In this document: positions 24,823-36,400 of the stretch, piece after piece
How positions within the stretch are numbered: position 1 is the stretch's first letter
Layout: each line of letters starts with the position of its first letter
Assembly: GCA_025603075.1 (NCBI GenBank)
Contig: MU626346.1
Coordinates: 1-64,000 of the forward strand
Reading direction: 5' to 3'
DNA from: Neoconidiobolus thromboides FSU 785
Lineage: Eukaryota > Fungi > Entomophthoromycota
Length of the DNA stretch: 64,000 nucleotides
Notes under the pieces: generated by a model
Databases searched by the model: none
Seen by the model: the letters and a program-made list of their open reading frames with translations, nothing else
Told to the model about the DNA's origin: nothing
Program-made: the position numbers and the translations under genes

Positions 24823-25842
24823 TCAAATCAAAGTATATTTATTAGCCTTATTTTTAGGCCTCATAAAATTCAAATTAAACATAAAGTAACGAGTATTGTC
24901 ATGATTTAATCCATTATCTGTTAGTTTTGAGTTAAATAATAGACCATTATAGTAGCGGTGCTTCAACTGAACGTATAGCTTAGGGACTAATGGATCCAAT
25001 AAGAAAAATAAGAGGTTTAACCAGCCATTGCAAGAGCCTAAAATGTCCATAAAGAAGAAGTGAATGATTGTGTATTTGAAGCTGATATATAGGCTTATTG
25101 AACAGATCAAATAGGGCAGTTGTGTAATTAAAGGGATAATAGCATAGCCTAAAAAGCGCTTGGATAACCGATTAAACTGGTTGGAGTAAGAGGTTGGGGA
25201 AATAGACCCCAGCTTATTATTAATCAATTTTTTGAAGGAGAGTAAAAAGATAAAAGTAATGTAGCCAATAGCGAATATATTTGGTAGAAAGAAAGTAAGG
25301 AAGAAGTGCAGATAAGAGTAGGTGCCAAAGTATAAATTAGTTAGACCAGAACATTTATTGTACACGATACCTACGATAAAGGATGGTAAGTTCAATAAAA
25401 CAGATAAAAGTATGGTTGTCATAGCGTATTGTAAATCAGTGTACAGTTTGATAGCTTTATTTTTCAAAAATGAAGCGTGTAAGTTGATGCCTAAACAAGC
25501 AATCAAAAACACATACCATAAATTTAATACATGCTCAACGTGTATATTAAAGTTACAGTATTGTGGATTACCATAGCTATATATTATCTCACTTAACGCT
25601 TCATCGACATTAGTATCAAGATTATAAAATAAGACTATGTATTGCTTTATGAAAATCAATAAGTTGTAAGATACATCATTAATTGCTATCCATAGATAAA
25701 ATCTATAACTTAATTTATCACTACCTTCGTAGTTGTATAGAATAGTGTATAGTACAATGAGAAATAAAGTGATACCGCATATTAATGATATTAGGTTATT
25801 ATACAATGAAACGTATTTTAATGTTAAGTCCAAGTCTACCAT
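24823..25842 (-). CDS. Intronless seven-transmembrane GPCR-like protein (cAMP-receptor-like/Git3-like class)
   Basis: Seven hydrophobic spans with SYRFYLWIAINDV, a Cys before TM3, GYAIIPLITQLP and NGWLNLLFFLLDP. Likely ATG at 25842. Confidence 0.7.
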   Translation of the reverse strand: MVDLDLTLKYVSLYNNLISLICGITLFLIVLYTILYNYEGSDKLSYRFYLWIAINDVSYNLLIFIKQYIVLFYNLDTNVDEALSEIIYSYGNPQYCNFNIHVEHVLNLWYVFLIACLGINLHASFLKNKAIKLYTDLQYAMTTILLSVLLNLPSFIVGIVYNKCSGLTNLYFGTYSYLHFFLTFFLPNIFAIGYITFIFLLSFKKLINNKLGSISPTSYSNQFNRLSKRFLGYAIIPLITQLPYLICSISLYISFKYTIIHFFFMDILGSCNGWLNLLFFLLDPLVPKLYVQLKHRYYNGLLFNSKLTDNGLNHDNTRYFMFNLNFMRPKNKANKYTLI

Positions 25843-26083
25843 GAAATATAAAATCAAATTAGTAAATAGCTAATTATTTATTTCTTTTTCTTTATTTTTA
25901 TATAGTACAAGATTCCATTAGCTAGTTATGATTTATTTATAATTTTTTCAACAAAGCTAATTTATTAGAATATTGATCCTAATAATCTATAAATAAAAAA
26001 ATAAAAAAATAAAAAAATGTAATGATTAAAAACAAGGATAAAAAATAAAATTGAACTGAATATCAGCTATTTTATGGTATAAT

Positions 26084-27544
26084 TTAACTTATATCATTAA
26101 TAAATAGCATTTCTTTATTGCTTTTTTCTTTTTTAAATAAATAATTAAGAACATTTTTAAAAGTAAAAGTAAAAGTAAAATAAGCTAACACAACAAAGCC
26201 AAAAATTTGCAACAAAGAGAATATCAAAAACAGGTAAAAAGGTCCAAGATTTTGTAATAATTTAGAACTGAACGAAGTAATAATCCCCGATAATCCAAAT
26301 CTCATAAAATTAGTACATGCTGTAATACTCGATGGTTTATCACTTACAATGTCCGTTAGATAAGTATTGATGATAATGAATACATTTGCCATCCCAAACC
26401 CAATGATAAATTGGGCTAATAAAACTAAGTATAAAGAGTGGTCTGATTCAATGTGATATCCGGTTAAGAATAAGCCTAACATGACTAAGGCCACTCCAAA
26501 CCAGGCTCCATTTAATCGATATTCATAATTTATATTGTCATTACCATTCTTGATACTCGCTCGTTTTATCAGATAGTCGGATAATATACCACCAGTATAG
26601 CTACCTAACATGTTACCTATACCAGAAGGTAAATAAGATAGGCCAATTTCAATAGATTTTAGCTTGTATTGTTCATCCATGATACGAGTTTGGCTTAATG
26701 AGATATTATAATAAGACCCGTAGATTAGACCAGAGTATAACATCAAGATTAAAACTCTTAAATTGAAAAATAGATAGAAACACTTTAGTGGATTTAAGTT
26801 TAAGTTGTATTTAACATAGAATCTATTAAATAAATTAAAACACTTATAATTTTTATAAGATTCATAATCATATAAATTAGAGTTATTGTCATAATTATAA
26901 ATAGTTATTTTCTCATTATCCGTAACACTATTTTCTATCTTAATGATTTGAATCTCTTTTCTTTTTTCTGGACTCAATGTTTCCTTTATAAATATGAAAT
27001 TAAGTATAAACAATATAATTGATAATACAAACAAAAAATAAAAATTGTATCTCCAGTCCCTAAAATACTCATTGATGATCCCTCCTAATAGGGGCCCTAA
27101 ACTAGGTCCAAAGGTTGCTCCAATAAAAAAGATGCCCATAGCAAAACCTTTTTCTTCTTTACTAAATAAATCGATTATAATACCAACTCCGATTACTGCA
27201 TATGCTGAGGACCCGATCCCCAATAACACTCGAAAAGCGATTAAGGCTTCTATACTATTTGACAAACCACAAGCTAAACTAGCCAAGATTAATATGACTT
27301 GAGATATTATTGACGGTGTCCGTCTACCTACTTGGTCACTTAAGTTACCCCACATTAAAGGAAACACAGCAATAGTAAATAGAAATAGAGACACACTTAA
27401 ATCGACCATACTATCATTAGTATTTAAATCAAGGTTAATTAAGTTTACGGAAGGTAAGTAGATAGTAGAAGCTAAAGGGGCTATCATACCACTGATGGTA
27501 ATTAGAAATAGAACAAAATACTTTGAAGTTTTAATCATGTTCAA
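26084..27544 (-). CDS. Intronless MFS transporter, DHA1 drug:H+ antiporter type
   Basis: MIAPLASTIYLPS, WGNLSDQVGRR, FRVLLGIG, GPSLGPLLGG and GGILSD motifs; about 12 TM segments. Confidence 0.9.
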   Translation of the reverse strand: MNMIKTSKYFVLFLITISGMIAPLASTIYLPSVNLINLDLNTNDSMVDLSVSLFLFTIAVFPLMWGNLSDQVGRRTPSIISQVILILASLACGLSNSIEALIAFRVLLGIGSSAYAVIGVGIIIDLFSKEEKGFAMGIFFIGATFGPSLGPLLGGIINEYFRDWRYNFYFLFVLSIILFILNFIFIKETLSPEKRKEIQIIKIENSVTDNEKITIYNYDNNSNLYDYESYKNYKCFNLFNRFYVKYNLNLNPLKCFYLFFNLRVLILMLYSGLIYGSYYNISLSQTRIMDEQYKLKSIEIGLSYLPSGIGNMLGSYTGGILSDYLIKRASIKNGNDNINYEYRLNGAWFGVALVMLGLFLTGYHIESDHSLYLVLLAQFIIGFGMANVFIIINTYLTDIVSDKPSSITACTNFMRFGLSGIITSFSSKLLQNLGPFYLFLIFSLLQIFGFVVLAYFTFTFTFKNVLNYLFKKEKSNKEMLFINDIS

Positions 27545-29523
27545 TTTATAACTAAATTCTTCTTTTAATAATTAGATACTTCCGTTTACACTGTTTATAT
27601 ACTTCATTATTTTTCTTAGAAACTCTATTAAAATTAAATGGTAATATTTGTTATCGCTTGCATGATAATTAAGATGATGCTATTTTATGGCTTAATGAAG
27701 TATATATTAAGTAAGATAGTAATTTTTAGAATTTTCTTTTTAAATTAAGCTTAATTATCAAGAGGCTTCAATATTCAACTCCTGTTGTAACCACTTAGTT
27801 TTTACTTAACTACTAACATGGCGTTATATACTTTAAATAATTGTTTTAAAACGGAACTACCTCTCCTGGTGTATAGGCTTAAAGTATTTATGAAGACTAT
27901 TTATTACATCGTAATGTTTATTCCTATCTTATCATTTAATCTTGGTCCCTCTAAATGATTGTTAAAAACAATTACTCTTTTTTAATTATTTCCAAATATA
28001 GCATAACACCACTCACTTTAAGTTAATATAATTTGATCATTACAGCCGCACTTGTTCGTTATTTTTCTTGGCCTTGAACTGTTATCTCATAGTTATAATA
28101 CAAATTTATGTACTTGGATTACACAATCATAATGTGGTTTGAGATGCTTGCTATCGATTATATACTAAAAACGGAATAGTTTGATTAAAAACTGCGCAAA
28201 ATGCAGTACAAGGCTTAATGTTATCTATGACGCTTAGTTTGAGTGTTTTGCCAAGCTAAGGGAAACTTTTAATACCGAAATAAAGACATTTGAGGTATTG
28301 TAAAATCTAACTTTTTTTAAATAATAAGCACATAATCTTGACATACAGTTAACGTGTCAACTCTTATCTTTTTCTTTTAGAAGCAAAGGAAACATATCTT
28401 TATGACTCACTTGCTTATGCAAGCACTAATTAATTACATTACACTTTATTGGGGCATTGATTTGATTATATTGATTTGAAACAAAATTTATTAATTTTTA
28501 AATCCCCGTTTATCTATAAGGGTGTTCCTAAAGTATTCTCCCTTTTCGTTCAAGCCTTGCTCTAAGGATATAGACTTGCACTAAATAAAATTTTTTGCAT
28601 CAAAAATATTTTGTTTTTAGTGTCAGGAACATTTACTATTGCAATTAATGATCTTTCATTTTTTGAAAAAAAATGAGATTATTCTGGAAATACCCTTATA
28701 TATATTAAATTACTTAAATAAAAATTGATTTATTAATAGAAATATAATGCTTCTCTACCTTCTATTAAGAAAAGGACGGTAGCTGATTTATGCAATAATT
28801 TGTTATTTTAATATTCGAAATTATAAATTTATAATATAGAATTATTATATCTTTAGTTCATCATCTCTATTCAATGTTATCTTAAATTTTTTTACTTGAG
28901 CAATTTGCAATTAGGTGTTTTTTATTGTCTTAGTCAATTTTTTACAACATGAATTTAAAGGTTACAGCTTTTTTGTATTGTTAAATTCATAATAGTTTTT
29001 TTCACTAAATCAAAAACAGTAGACATCTAACTGCAAACTGCTCTAACTTTCTTCATAATCATCGATGCCTCTTCCTTTTTAAAGTCACTCTAAATAGTTA
29101 AGGTCTAGGTAACTCATTTAGCATTTTAAAAAATTATTGAATTTACAGATAACAATAAAATCAACAATACAGACTAATACTATAATACAAAATTACATAA
29201 CTAACACAAAACCTTCAAAACAATCAAACCTTTTATTTCAGGCAATACTGATGGTTAGATTTACTATTATTAAAATCATTTAAGTACGATTAAGATTGAT
29301 AAATGTTGCTTTATTAGTTTAAATGTTTTTAATATAAATAGACCGAAACAACAATCGAACCATTGAAAACTATATTTTGAAATGTAGAGGACTATTTTGA
29401 ACGTTTGGCTTATAATAATTTAGGTTCTATTGTTTTCTTTTTATTTATTTATTTAAAATTCCGCACGAAAATGGGCAACTACGATTATTACCTTGAGAAT
29501 TTCTATTTAATTTAGTCAGCTGA

Positions 29524-29627
29524 TTATGGGGGTGTTTTTTTGGCTTCATCATTTTTTCCATTTTTAAGCACTATTTGAGCGGAAAATTTGTTAGTAAAAT
29601 CCTTAAACACAAAAACACATTCCATTA
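29524..29627 (-). mobile_element. MITE copy K (reverse)
   Basis: ttatgggggtgttttttt...gcactatttgagcggaaaatttgttagtaaaat...cacattccatt. Confidence 0.75.
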
Positions 29628-29706
29628 TCGTATCAAATTTAAGTCAAGTGTTGCTAATGTTCCAGCATTAAAATAAAATAGTTTATGCTATCAAATGTAA
29701 GCTACT

Positions 29707-29811
29707 ATTAGGGAATGTATTTTTGTATTTAAGAATTTTACTAACAAACTTTCCGCTTAAATAGCGCTTAAAAAATGGAAAATAATGGAGTCAAAAAAAA
29801 CACTCCCATTA
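29707..29811 (+). mobile_element. MITE copy L
   Basis: agggaatgtatttttg...ttttactaacaaactttccgcttaaatagcgctt...cactcccatt. Confidence 0.75.
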
Positions 29812-31278
29812 ACTATTCTAACATAAATAAAATATTGAAGTCATATGAACAAATGCTTTTATATTAATTGCTACATGGCTTTATATAAAAACTAAATATG
29901 GACTATTTACAAAAATACATCTATCTCATTTTTTTTAAAGCAATACATAGGCACTAATTATACAGAAAGTAAATTTATGCATATATTTTAACATGTTTTT
30001 ACAATTATAATCAATAGAAGCAAATGTTTAATTAAAGAATAAACTTAAAAAGATAGCTTTTGATTTGTAATAGTTTCTATAAAGCTTATCCGTATTTTTT
30101 AAATTAGAATCTAACTAAGTTTATATTTATTATCGTTATTCAACTAAAAGAGTAAATCGATGGTTTCAAACTAAGTTATTAACATAAAACGAAAGAGTGA
30201 ATAACTTTAGCTTACTTACTATTTTAAAAAATATGATAGAATCTTTATTTTAAAAATTCTACGGTTGCCACTAAAAATGAGTTTTTAACGATCGATCGTA
30301 ATAATAAATAAAAACTGAGATTATTATATTGCTATAGTTCTTAAAGGTATGTTTTTATTTTGTAATTATTTTTAATTTCAATTATTAATTAATATTTGTT
30401 ATGATTAAAAATGATTAAAAATTAAGATTTTCTAGTAATTATTAAAACTAAGGTTGAGTTTAATTCAATTTCTTCAACATGCTAATTATGAAATAGCCTT
30501 AAGCTTGTTTATGTTGACAGTAGCAACTTAAATTATTAAATTTTACGACTATTAATAGTACAGTGATATAATATATTGTATTACTTTTATTAATTTAAAA
30601 CTTTAGGTATTTTATTAAATTCGATTTTAATTTAATTGTTGATTATCATAACTACTCTTTCAAGTTGTCTATTCTTGGTCAGTTTTAATTTGTAACTTTA
30701 AAATTGTAAAGTTTCTACCCAATTTGATTATTTTGTAATTAAAGTATTATATAGTACTATCCCAATTCTTATTATAAATGAATATTAAAGTGTTAGTTAA
30801 TATAATAACAAGGCTTAAAGGAAAGAAGACATCATTTTAACTTGTTGCTATTTTATCGCCTTTTATTGTAAAACTTCGTCCTGATTATTGCAACAGTAAA
30901 TTGACCAATTTGCCACCACAATTTAATTGAAGGTAGAAAAATTTACAAATACAATTTTAAGCTTAAATTAGCACACTAAACTCAAAAAATAATGACAAAA
31001 AGCAAGGAAGATTTACTAAAAAAAGCAATTCTTCACATCCTTTAAAATTTGTATTATCAAACCCAAAATGAATTAAACAAAGCCGATAATCATCAAATTA
31101 AGAAGATCAAAATTTCAATTTTGCTAAAGTTAAGATCTTCAAAGCTTACCAAAAATTAAATAATTACAACTTGAGCAAGTAATATACTTTTTTATTCCTC
31201 TTTATTTAATCTTAGTTCCATAATCTATAAAAAAATCAAAATCTCAATTTAATAACTGAAGCTGAAAAACTAGTTGTC

Positions 31279-32938
31279 ATGGCTTTAAAAGTAAGTTGCT
31301 ATTAGTGATAGTGTACCGCAAAAACTCACGGTTTAAAAATTTCCTAGGTAGAGATTGAACAATGGCAAGAAGCAGTAAAATGCTTTGAAGAAGAAAATTA
31401 TTCAGAAGCGTTATCTATCTTCCAAGTAAGTAACACTATAGAGGTTTTGCCACTCTTACTAATAATAAACTAGGATTTACCCGAATCTTTTAGGGTGGCG
31501 TTAAATATAGGGTTGGTATATGACGCTATGGATGACATTGAAAATTCAGTAAGTGCTCACTACTATGAACTAAAAAATATAATACTAACTATATTACCTT
31601 AGTTAAAATCTTTCGAAACTGCGGTAGGTATTGATCAATACTCAGCCATTGGTCATTATTGTAAAGGAAATGCTCGTTTCAAATTAGAAAGTTATGAAGA
31701 AGCAATTGAAGACTATGATAAATCTTTTCAAGTAATTCATGCTTTAAAAACTTTATTTTATAACTAATCATATATTAAAGTATCTTAGGGGTAACCTGTT
31801 GATCAATTATGCTCAACTGGGGTTAGACCACACCTTATACTCATGTGAAGTAGCGTATAATCGATCCTTGTGTTACTCTCGTTTGGAAAATAAGGCCAAG
31901 TTTAAAGAGGATATCATGTATGCAATGGTGAATAAACAACTTGATTCACATAGCGCTATTATCCCAAAAGCAGTCAAAAAAGATGGGAAGGTAAACTAAT
32001 AAGTCAATCACGTACTGAATCAGCTTATTAAATTTATTAAGGAATGTGAGCCAATACTATTGCCAAAAGGTTCCATCTTCCGACCAGCCGAAACCAAGTC
32101 TAAAAACACTAAAAAAGTAGATTATTTGGGAAAATCAAAGGTTATCGGGGCTCAAGATGATAAGGACAGTTTTACTGGATTTGCTGGTAAGCAAGCAAAA
32201 GAGGTAAATAACAACGTAGGTGATTATAGGATAATTTCTTAATTTTAAATGTAATAGAATGCTGGTAATAGTAGTCCAATGCCTCAAATAACACCAGTAG
32301 AAATTCCCGAAAAGCCACCAGTCAAACTGAAAAGCATAGACGATACAGTATTAGCAGAGAAGAAGCGATTACACGCAGAAAAGAAAAAAAGAGAGTCAAG
32401 GAAGATCAAATTGCCTACCCCACCCTCTACGGGGTCGAGTGCCCCAGGGAGCCCAACCAATGCATCTAACAACAAAGTTAATAAACATAGTGCAGTGGTT
32501 CTGACGAATCAAAATCATCAAATAGGCGCTTTAGGTACTCCAGCTAATTTCTATACACAGATGGTGAACCAGCCATATATGAATCATCCCGCTATGATCA
32601 AACCTTCGATACCTAAGCTGCCATTGCCTCCTGGCCAGGTAAAATTTTAATATGAATTAAGCTATTTTAAATTTTAACTTTCTTTCAAATAGCTTAAGGT
32701 GAAAGTGCATTACAATGAGACATGTGTGTTGTTAATGAAAACGGATGTAAAATTTGAAAAGCTTTTAGATCGTGTACAAAAAAAGTTTAATAATAGTAAA
32801 TTAAGGCTAAGATATAGAGATGAAGACGATGACTTTATTTTAATGACAGAACAGGAGGATTTGGATATTGCTAGAGGTTATCTAGGCGATAGTAAACATC
32901 CACCTGCAGATAGGGTTGAATTGTATGCTGGGGAATAG
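31279..32938 (+). CDS. noxR: NADPH oxidase regulator NoxR (p67phox homolog; TPR + PB1)
   Basis: MALK/intron/VEIEQWQEAV, TPRs, YLRGNLLINYAQLGLD..LYSCEVAYN, FRP....KN....DYLGKSKVI, and a C-terminal PB1 domain (KVKVHY...RYRDEDDDF). Confidence 0.92.
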
Positions 32939-33470
32939 TGAAGAATATACAAATTGGAGATGAGTAGCTTTTTTTATTAATAAATTTTTATTTATTTGAG
33001 GTTAGATACAATTTTTTTGGTTGGGATGTGGGAAGTCTTTTTTGTAAGAGTGATTTGATCAAGTTTCTATCTAGGCTTTGAAGTAGACAGAAATTTTCAA
33101 TTAAATTTTAATAAAACTTGATTTTTTAAACTTTGGCCTAATTTTCTAAAAGTAGCTAGCTTATTTAGCATTTAGACAAAAATTGTAAAAAGACCAAAAA
33201 TTACAAAACTTAATTTCGTTAAAAATTATAAATGAAAAATCAAGGAAATACTGATAAAATTCAAGCCATAAACTAAAACCGGTTTGATTTTATTGTCATC
33301 AGAAATTCAAATTCCAATAAAAAATTAAAATGAGAACATTTTGACAACCCCTATTTTATTTTTATTTTTATTATTTCTATTTCATTAACGAAAATAGCAA
33401 CAATATATATCATTAAGAATACTAGCAATATTACAGCGATTGGCATTGGATTTTGCAAACGAAAAATAAC

Positions 33471-36400
33471 ATGTGTCCTGTAAAAGACACAAAAAAGAAA
33501 GAAAACCCATTGATCATTGGTAATTATATTACTAGAAATATACTTAAGAGGGTATGCTCTTTAGACGAGAATCCGCTACCTGAAGAGAAAGTGATAAAAA
33601 AAGACGGTAGAGGAAGACCAAAGAAAATCTATAGTTCGGCAGAGAATGGGAAAGGTAACAGCCAAACAGGTTTAAATTTTCGTTTACACTTGCTAACGTA
33701 TTTTAAGTTCACAAGAAACACCCTCTAACCTCAAAGGTATCAAGTGGGGCTAAAAGAGAAGCTTTGAAGGAGATCGAGAATCATGAAATGAACACTGAAA
33801 TAATAGTAACTTATAACATTAACGACGAAGTATTAGTACTAGACCGAAAAGGCATCTGGTGCGAAGCTATTGTCATTAAACAAGAAAGTGATAAGGTTTG
33901 TATTAAATATAAAAATGAAGCGAGCTACAGGAATGAGTGGATAAGAACAGATCAAAATAGGATTAAACCATTAAGCTTTAATGGCGTGGAGGAAACCAAA
34001 AGGCTTGGGAATAGCTCTAGTGGTAAAAGTAGACTTTATTGTACTTAAACTTGTAGCTATTAACTAATAGTTTTTTAGTGATGCCGCTGAAAGCAACGAA
34101 TCAACCCAAAAAAAATATAAAGGAGTTTAAAAAAGCTTTTAGCTTACCTAAAAAAGATCGTGGTAGGCCACGTAAACTTTTGCAAGTAGATAATCAGCTA
34201 AATACTTCAACTAAATACATTAAAAATGAAACTAAACTTGAAAAACCTATCATCCTGGAAGATCCAACCCCTATTCAAAACGTTTCAAACCTCCCATTAA
34301 ACAGCACCATTTCACGAAGTGATGGTTGGACATTATACTGCAATGAATGTAACTCTTTCATCGAACAATACCGATACTATTGCTTAGACTGCAAATCTTC
34401 AACTCTAAATGAAGGTGGAGAAGACTTCGATTTATGCCCTAACTGCTACTTGAAAAAATTTCCAAAAAAACATGAACATCCAAGGTTGTCTTTTGCTGTT
34501 GAATGTTTGATCACTGAGCACAATGTAAACTCCTATTCGCGTAAAAAAGTAGGTGGTAAAATTGGTTACTTTCCTACTATCAATTCAAATTCAAACGAAC
34601 CTTCTGGTACTCAGTTGATTGTTAGTTATGATCAGGATGCAATATTTCCATTGGTAATAGAAGATGGGAATGATAAAGAGATAAAATTGATAGCTCAAAC
34701 AGATAAAGTAAGGAACAAATTACCACCTTCTCTGACTTTGAGGTATAAAAAAGAGATTAAAAAAAGCGTACCTACAATACCTGGTGTCTATCGTTATTTT
34801 CCATTATTTAATAAGCGAAGTTTGCCAAGAAAGATCACGTGTGTGTTTTGTCATGATACTGATAGCCATGTAGAAATTACTGGCGAATTATTCGATATTA
34901 AAAAACCCTTTATCCTCAAACCAGGACCTAAAATGTGGCAAAAATATGCTGCTAGATTACAAAATGGGGAGTTGAGTTATTCAACATTAAAGTATTATTT
35001 TGGTGAAGTTTGGACCAAAGAAATCCATGACTTATTAAAACCGCAAAATAAAAAAGGGCGACCAAAGAAGGGAATTCATAGTTTAAATCCATTTGAATCT
35101 TTAATCAACATGCCCAACTTTTTTTTGGATTTATTTTGGTGTCATATCAATTGTGCTAAATTTGTTGGTCAAGTACTAGTACTTGGAATAAATCCAAGTA
35201 TAAAAAATCCATCTCAGTCAGATATCTATAACATTTCACGATCTGTAAGAGACAGCAATAAACATAAATGTAGTAAATGTAGAGGAATAGGGGCAATGAT
35301 AGGATGTACCAAAGATGATTGTAGTAAATATTATCACTTAAAATGCACCGGGAAATCTATCCAACAATTTTTAAAAGGTGTAGTTTTCTTTTGCCCATAT
35401 CATGAGAGCTTGTATTATGAAAAAGATGCCTTTAATGAATACTTCCATTGTGATCTTTGTCATCTTCCTCTTCCCCTGGATCCAAAATTAGAATACAACG
35501 ATCAAGGGGTACCCGTATTAACAAAAGAAATGCAAAAGGAATTCAAACTTCAGTACGATGAAATGATGAAGCAAAAATTAGAAGAAATAGTTAATATTGA
35601 AGAAGAACCAGATATGAAAATAGATCACTTTAGATTAGACACCTTCTCCGATTTATCTTCTTTAACTTCAATATCTGAAATAGGAGACCAAACATTTCTA
35701 ATGTCAAGCCCAGTGTCAAGTTTAACGGATGTGTCGTGTTTAAATATCCCAGATTGGTTTGAAAGAGATTTGAGTGGATTTAAAGAAACCGATTATGGGA
35801 CAGAGAGTAGAGCGAATAAAAAATCAGAGTTAGGCGTAAAGGAAAATGGTATTCATGAGAATCAAATTGAGATGAAGGATGTTATTCAAGATGTCCTGCA
35901 GTTAGACTTGGAAGCAAATCATATTAATACCAATGGTATTCAAAAGGAAAAGGAAAAATCAAATATGGATATAAATAATATGGATGAAAAATATTGTTTA
36001 GGCAATAATGATACCCTTAATGAAATTGAAACCATGAATGGGAATGGGGATGAGAATAATATTCCAGGTAATATTGATAATAAAAACGACAATAATAATA
36101 GTTTTCAAAATAATATCGAAGGCCCAGATAGCGATAATTCACTATTAAACATGAAACCAATCGAAGCTAAAGAGATGGATTTAGAATATTCTTTTGACAT
36201 GGAAAAAGCAAATGAGCCTTCAATTAATAATTTACATACAATTGAAATTGAAGATGCATTAATTGAAATTGAAGAAGATGAAGATGAAGATGAAGAGGAT
36301 GATAAGTTAGATATCGAAAATTACACTTTAGATCTACACCAAGGTAGTGATATTATTATTGATGATGATGGTCCAATTGAGAAAATTGTTGATATTGACA

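Noticed and set aside
28337-28365. Small hairpin ttgaca...tgtcaa
   Set aside because: The 6-bp stem is single-copy and unremarkable.
19446-29811. CRISPR-like reading of the clustered repeats
   Set aside because: Spacing is irregular, both orientations occur, units have TIRs, the context is eukaryotic and there are no cas genes.
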